Of a stretch of 64,000 bases of DNA, positions 62,836 through 64,000 are shown in pieces; position 1 is the stretch's first letter; every line of letters starts with the position of its first letter. The notes below the pieces were generated by a model. The model made no database searches, was not told the origin of the DNA, and saw only the letters and a list, made by a program, of their open reading frames with translations. Both the position numbers and the translations under genes were made by a program. The stretch is taken from the NCBI GenBank assembly GCA_965198065.1, contig CBDAON010000004.1, positions 2,805,022 to 2,869,021 on the forward strand. The letters are read 5' to 3'. The DNA comes from Longimicrobiales bacterium. GTDB lineage: Bacteria > Gemmatimonadota > Gemmatimonadetes > Longimicrobiales > Gaopeijiaceae.

Positions 62836-63863
62836 TACTGTCTATCCTGTTGCTATTTCGTCATAAGTATATGACTTATAGTTATTTATGGATGTAGTAG
62901 TTTTTGGTCCGACTCGTTTATATCGTATGTGATCCCGTATAATTGGCGTGCGATTACACGGGAACCTACGGTACGTTCGCGGACCCCGTGACGGGTTCGA
63001 CCTTCGGCGTCGCGCGGGGCTGAGAAAGACCACGCAGATGACGATGCCCCCCTGAGCGGCGGCCAGATCCGCAATGGACCAGAGCCCGCCCGCCAGTAAG
63101 ACCATGAGAATCGCGACGTCGATGGCAAAGAGGGGGCGATTGTATACCCCGTGCACGTCACCGGAAGGCCAGTTAGCATGAGGACCCATGGAGCACCCCC
63201 CAGGAGACCGCCAAGCCGCCAGCTTCGGACGATTCAGAGCCAGCGTGGGCGATCTAGAGGTCCACGGACGGCCATACCCGAGAATGCAAATGCTGACCGT
63301 TCAAGAGATCCTAGACGGGAGGCGGTTCGACACGCCTAGCGTCGTGGGCCGTGGATCGTCTCAGACCGTCTTCGGGATCGCAGACGGAAAGGCACAGCAA
63401 GTGCTCAAGATTGATGGACTAAGGCGGACCGGTCTCGCTATTGGGTCACGCAACCGGGAGACACCCACCCAGCGAAAGGCAGCGTGGCCGAGCTGATGCG
63501 GGCGCTTGCGAAGGAACTCGAGGTCCCCATCTACGTTGACGACACCAGGGAGACCCTCGCGCTGAGGCTCGCCCGGGCGAACCCCGAGCGCTGGAAGGAA
63601 TTTATCACGGAGGAGCACCTAACCGAGTCTGGAGCTGCGGACTCGACACCCAGGAGTGGACCCCATGCTAAGCCCTGACTCCGGGCTGCAAAGCCCATAA
63701 CTTGTTATCGCGAAGTTCTTCGCTAAGCTCCTCAATGTTGATGATGCGACGAGACCCAGCTACTTTTACCACACGGGCAGCTGCGGACCGGTGAGCCACG
63801 TCGCAGACAGTAGTTCCCGCACCCAGGTCTAGCGTCCTCCAACCTACGGAAGAAGGCTACACG

Positions 63864-64000
63864 ATGCGTCTCGCACCTCATCTCCTCCAGCAGGTTTCTC
63901 CACTTTTCGCACTTGCGCTTTCCGTCAGCCTACTCGTCCCGGGAAGTGTCCAAGGGCAGACGAGCCTGTCACTCCAGGCCGGCGCCAGCCTCGCGACCCT
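63864..64000 (+). CDS. start of a secreted or outer-membrane protein (partial)
   Basis: MRLAPHLL...LALSVSLLVPGSVQG signal peptide, runs off the window. Confidence 0.4.
   Translation, partial: MRLAPHLLQQVSPLFALALSVSLLVPGSVQGQTSLSLQAGASLAT

Overview
GC-rich bacterial DNA. The gene styles suggest Gemmatimonadota, but this is inference only. The window is almost entirely accessory and mosaic. 1-21 kb: gdhA; two degenerate tRNA-Leu(TAA) 3' halves with a shared upstream arm (att-like scars) bracketing a TPR/lipoprotein/sigma54-activator/HD-GYP module; an IS256; a frameshifted merA with a MerR-type promoter; an IS3 that truncates a ThDP enzyme gene paired with an aldehyde dehydrogenase; a Na/Pi symporter and PhoU; and several fused gene fragments between two ~210-bp direct repeats. 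21-64 kb looks like an integrative conjugative element (ICE): alpA, a giant cadherin/FN3/Calx-beta autotransporter, a Cre-like recombinase, a hybrid kinase-regulator, ArdC, two Replic_Relax-like genes and a VirB/VirD4 T4SS. Two observations stand out. (1) The Cre-like recombinase gene lies between two perfect 34-bp inverted lox-like sites, between the divergently transcribed adhesin and hybrid kinase, which suggests an invertible promoter switch. (2) The virD4 coupling gene is split in frame by a 14.4-kb integrative mobilizable element (P4-type integrase, ColE1-like mob/oriT, defence-like cargo) bounded by 25-bp direct repeats, so excision would restore virD4. virB4 also appears interrupted at the right edge. 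Many frameshifts may be sequencing or assembly errors. All family assignments come from motif recognition by eye, not database searches.
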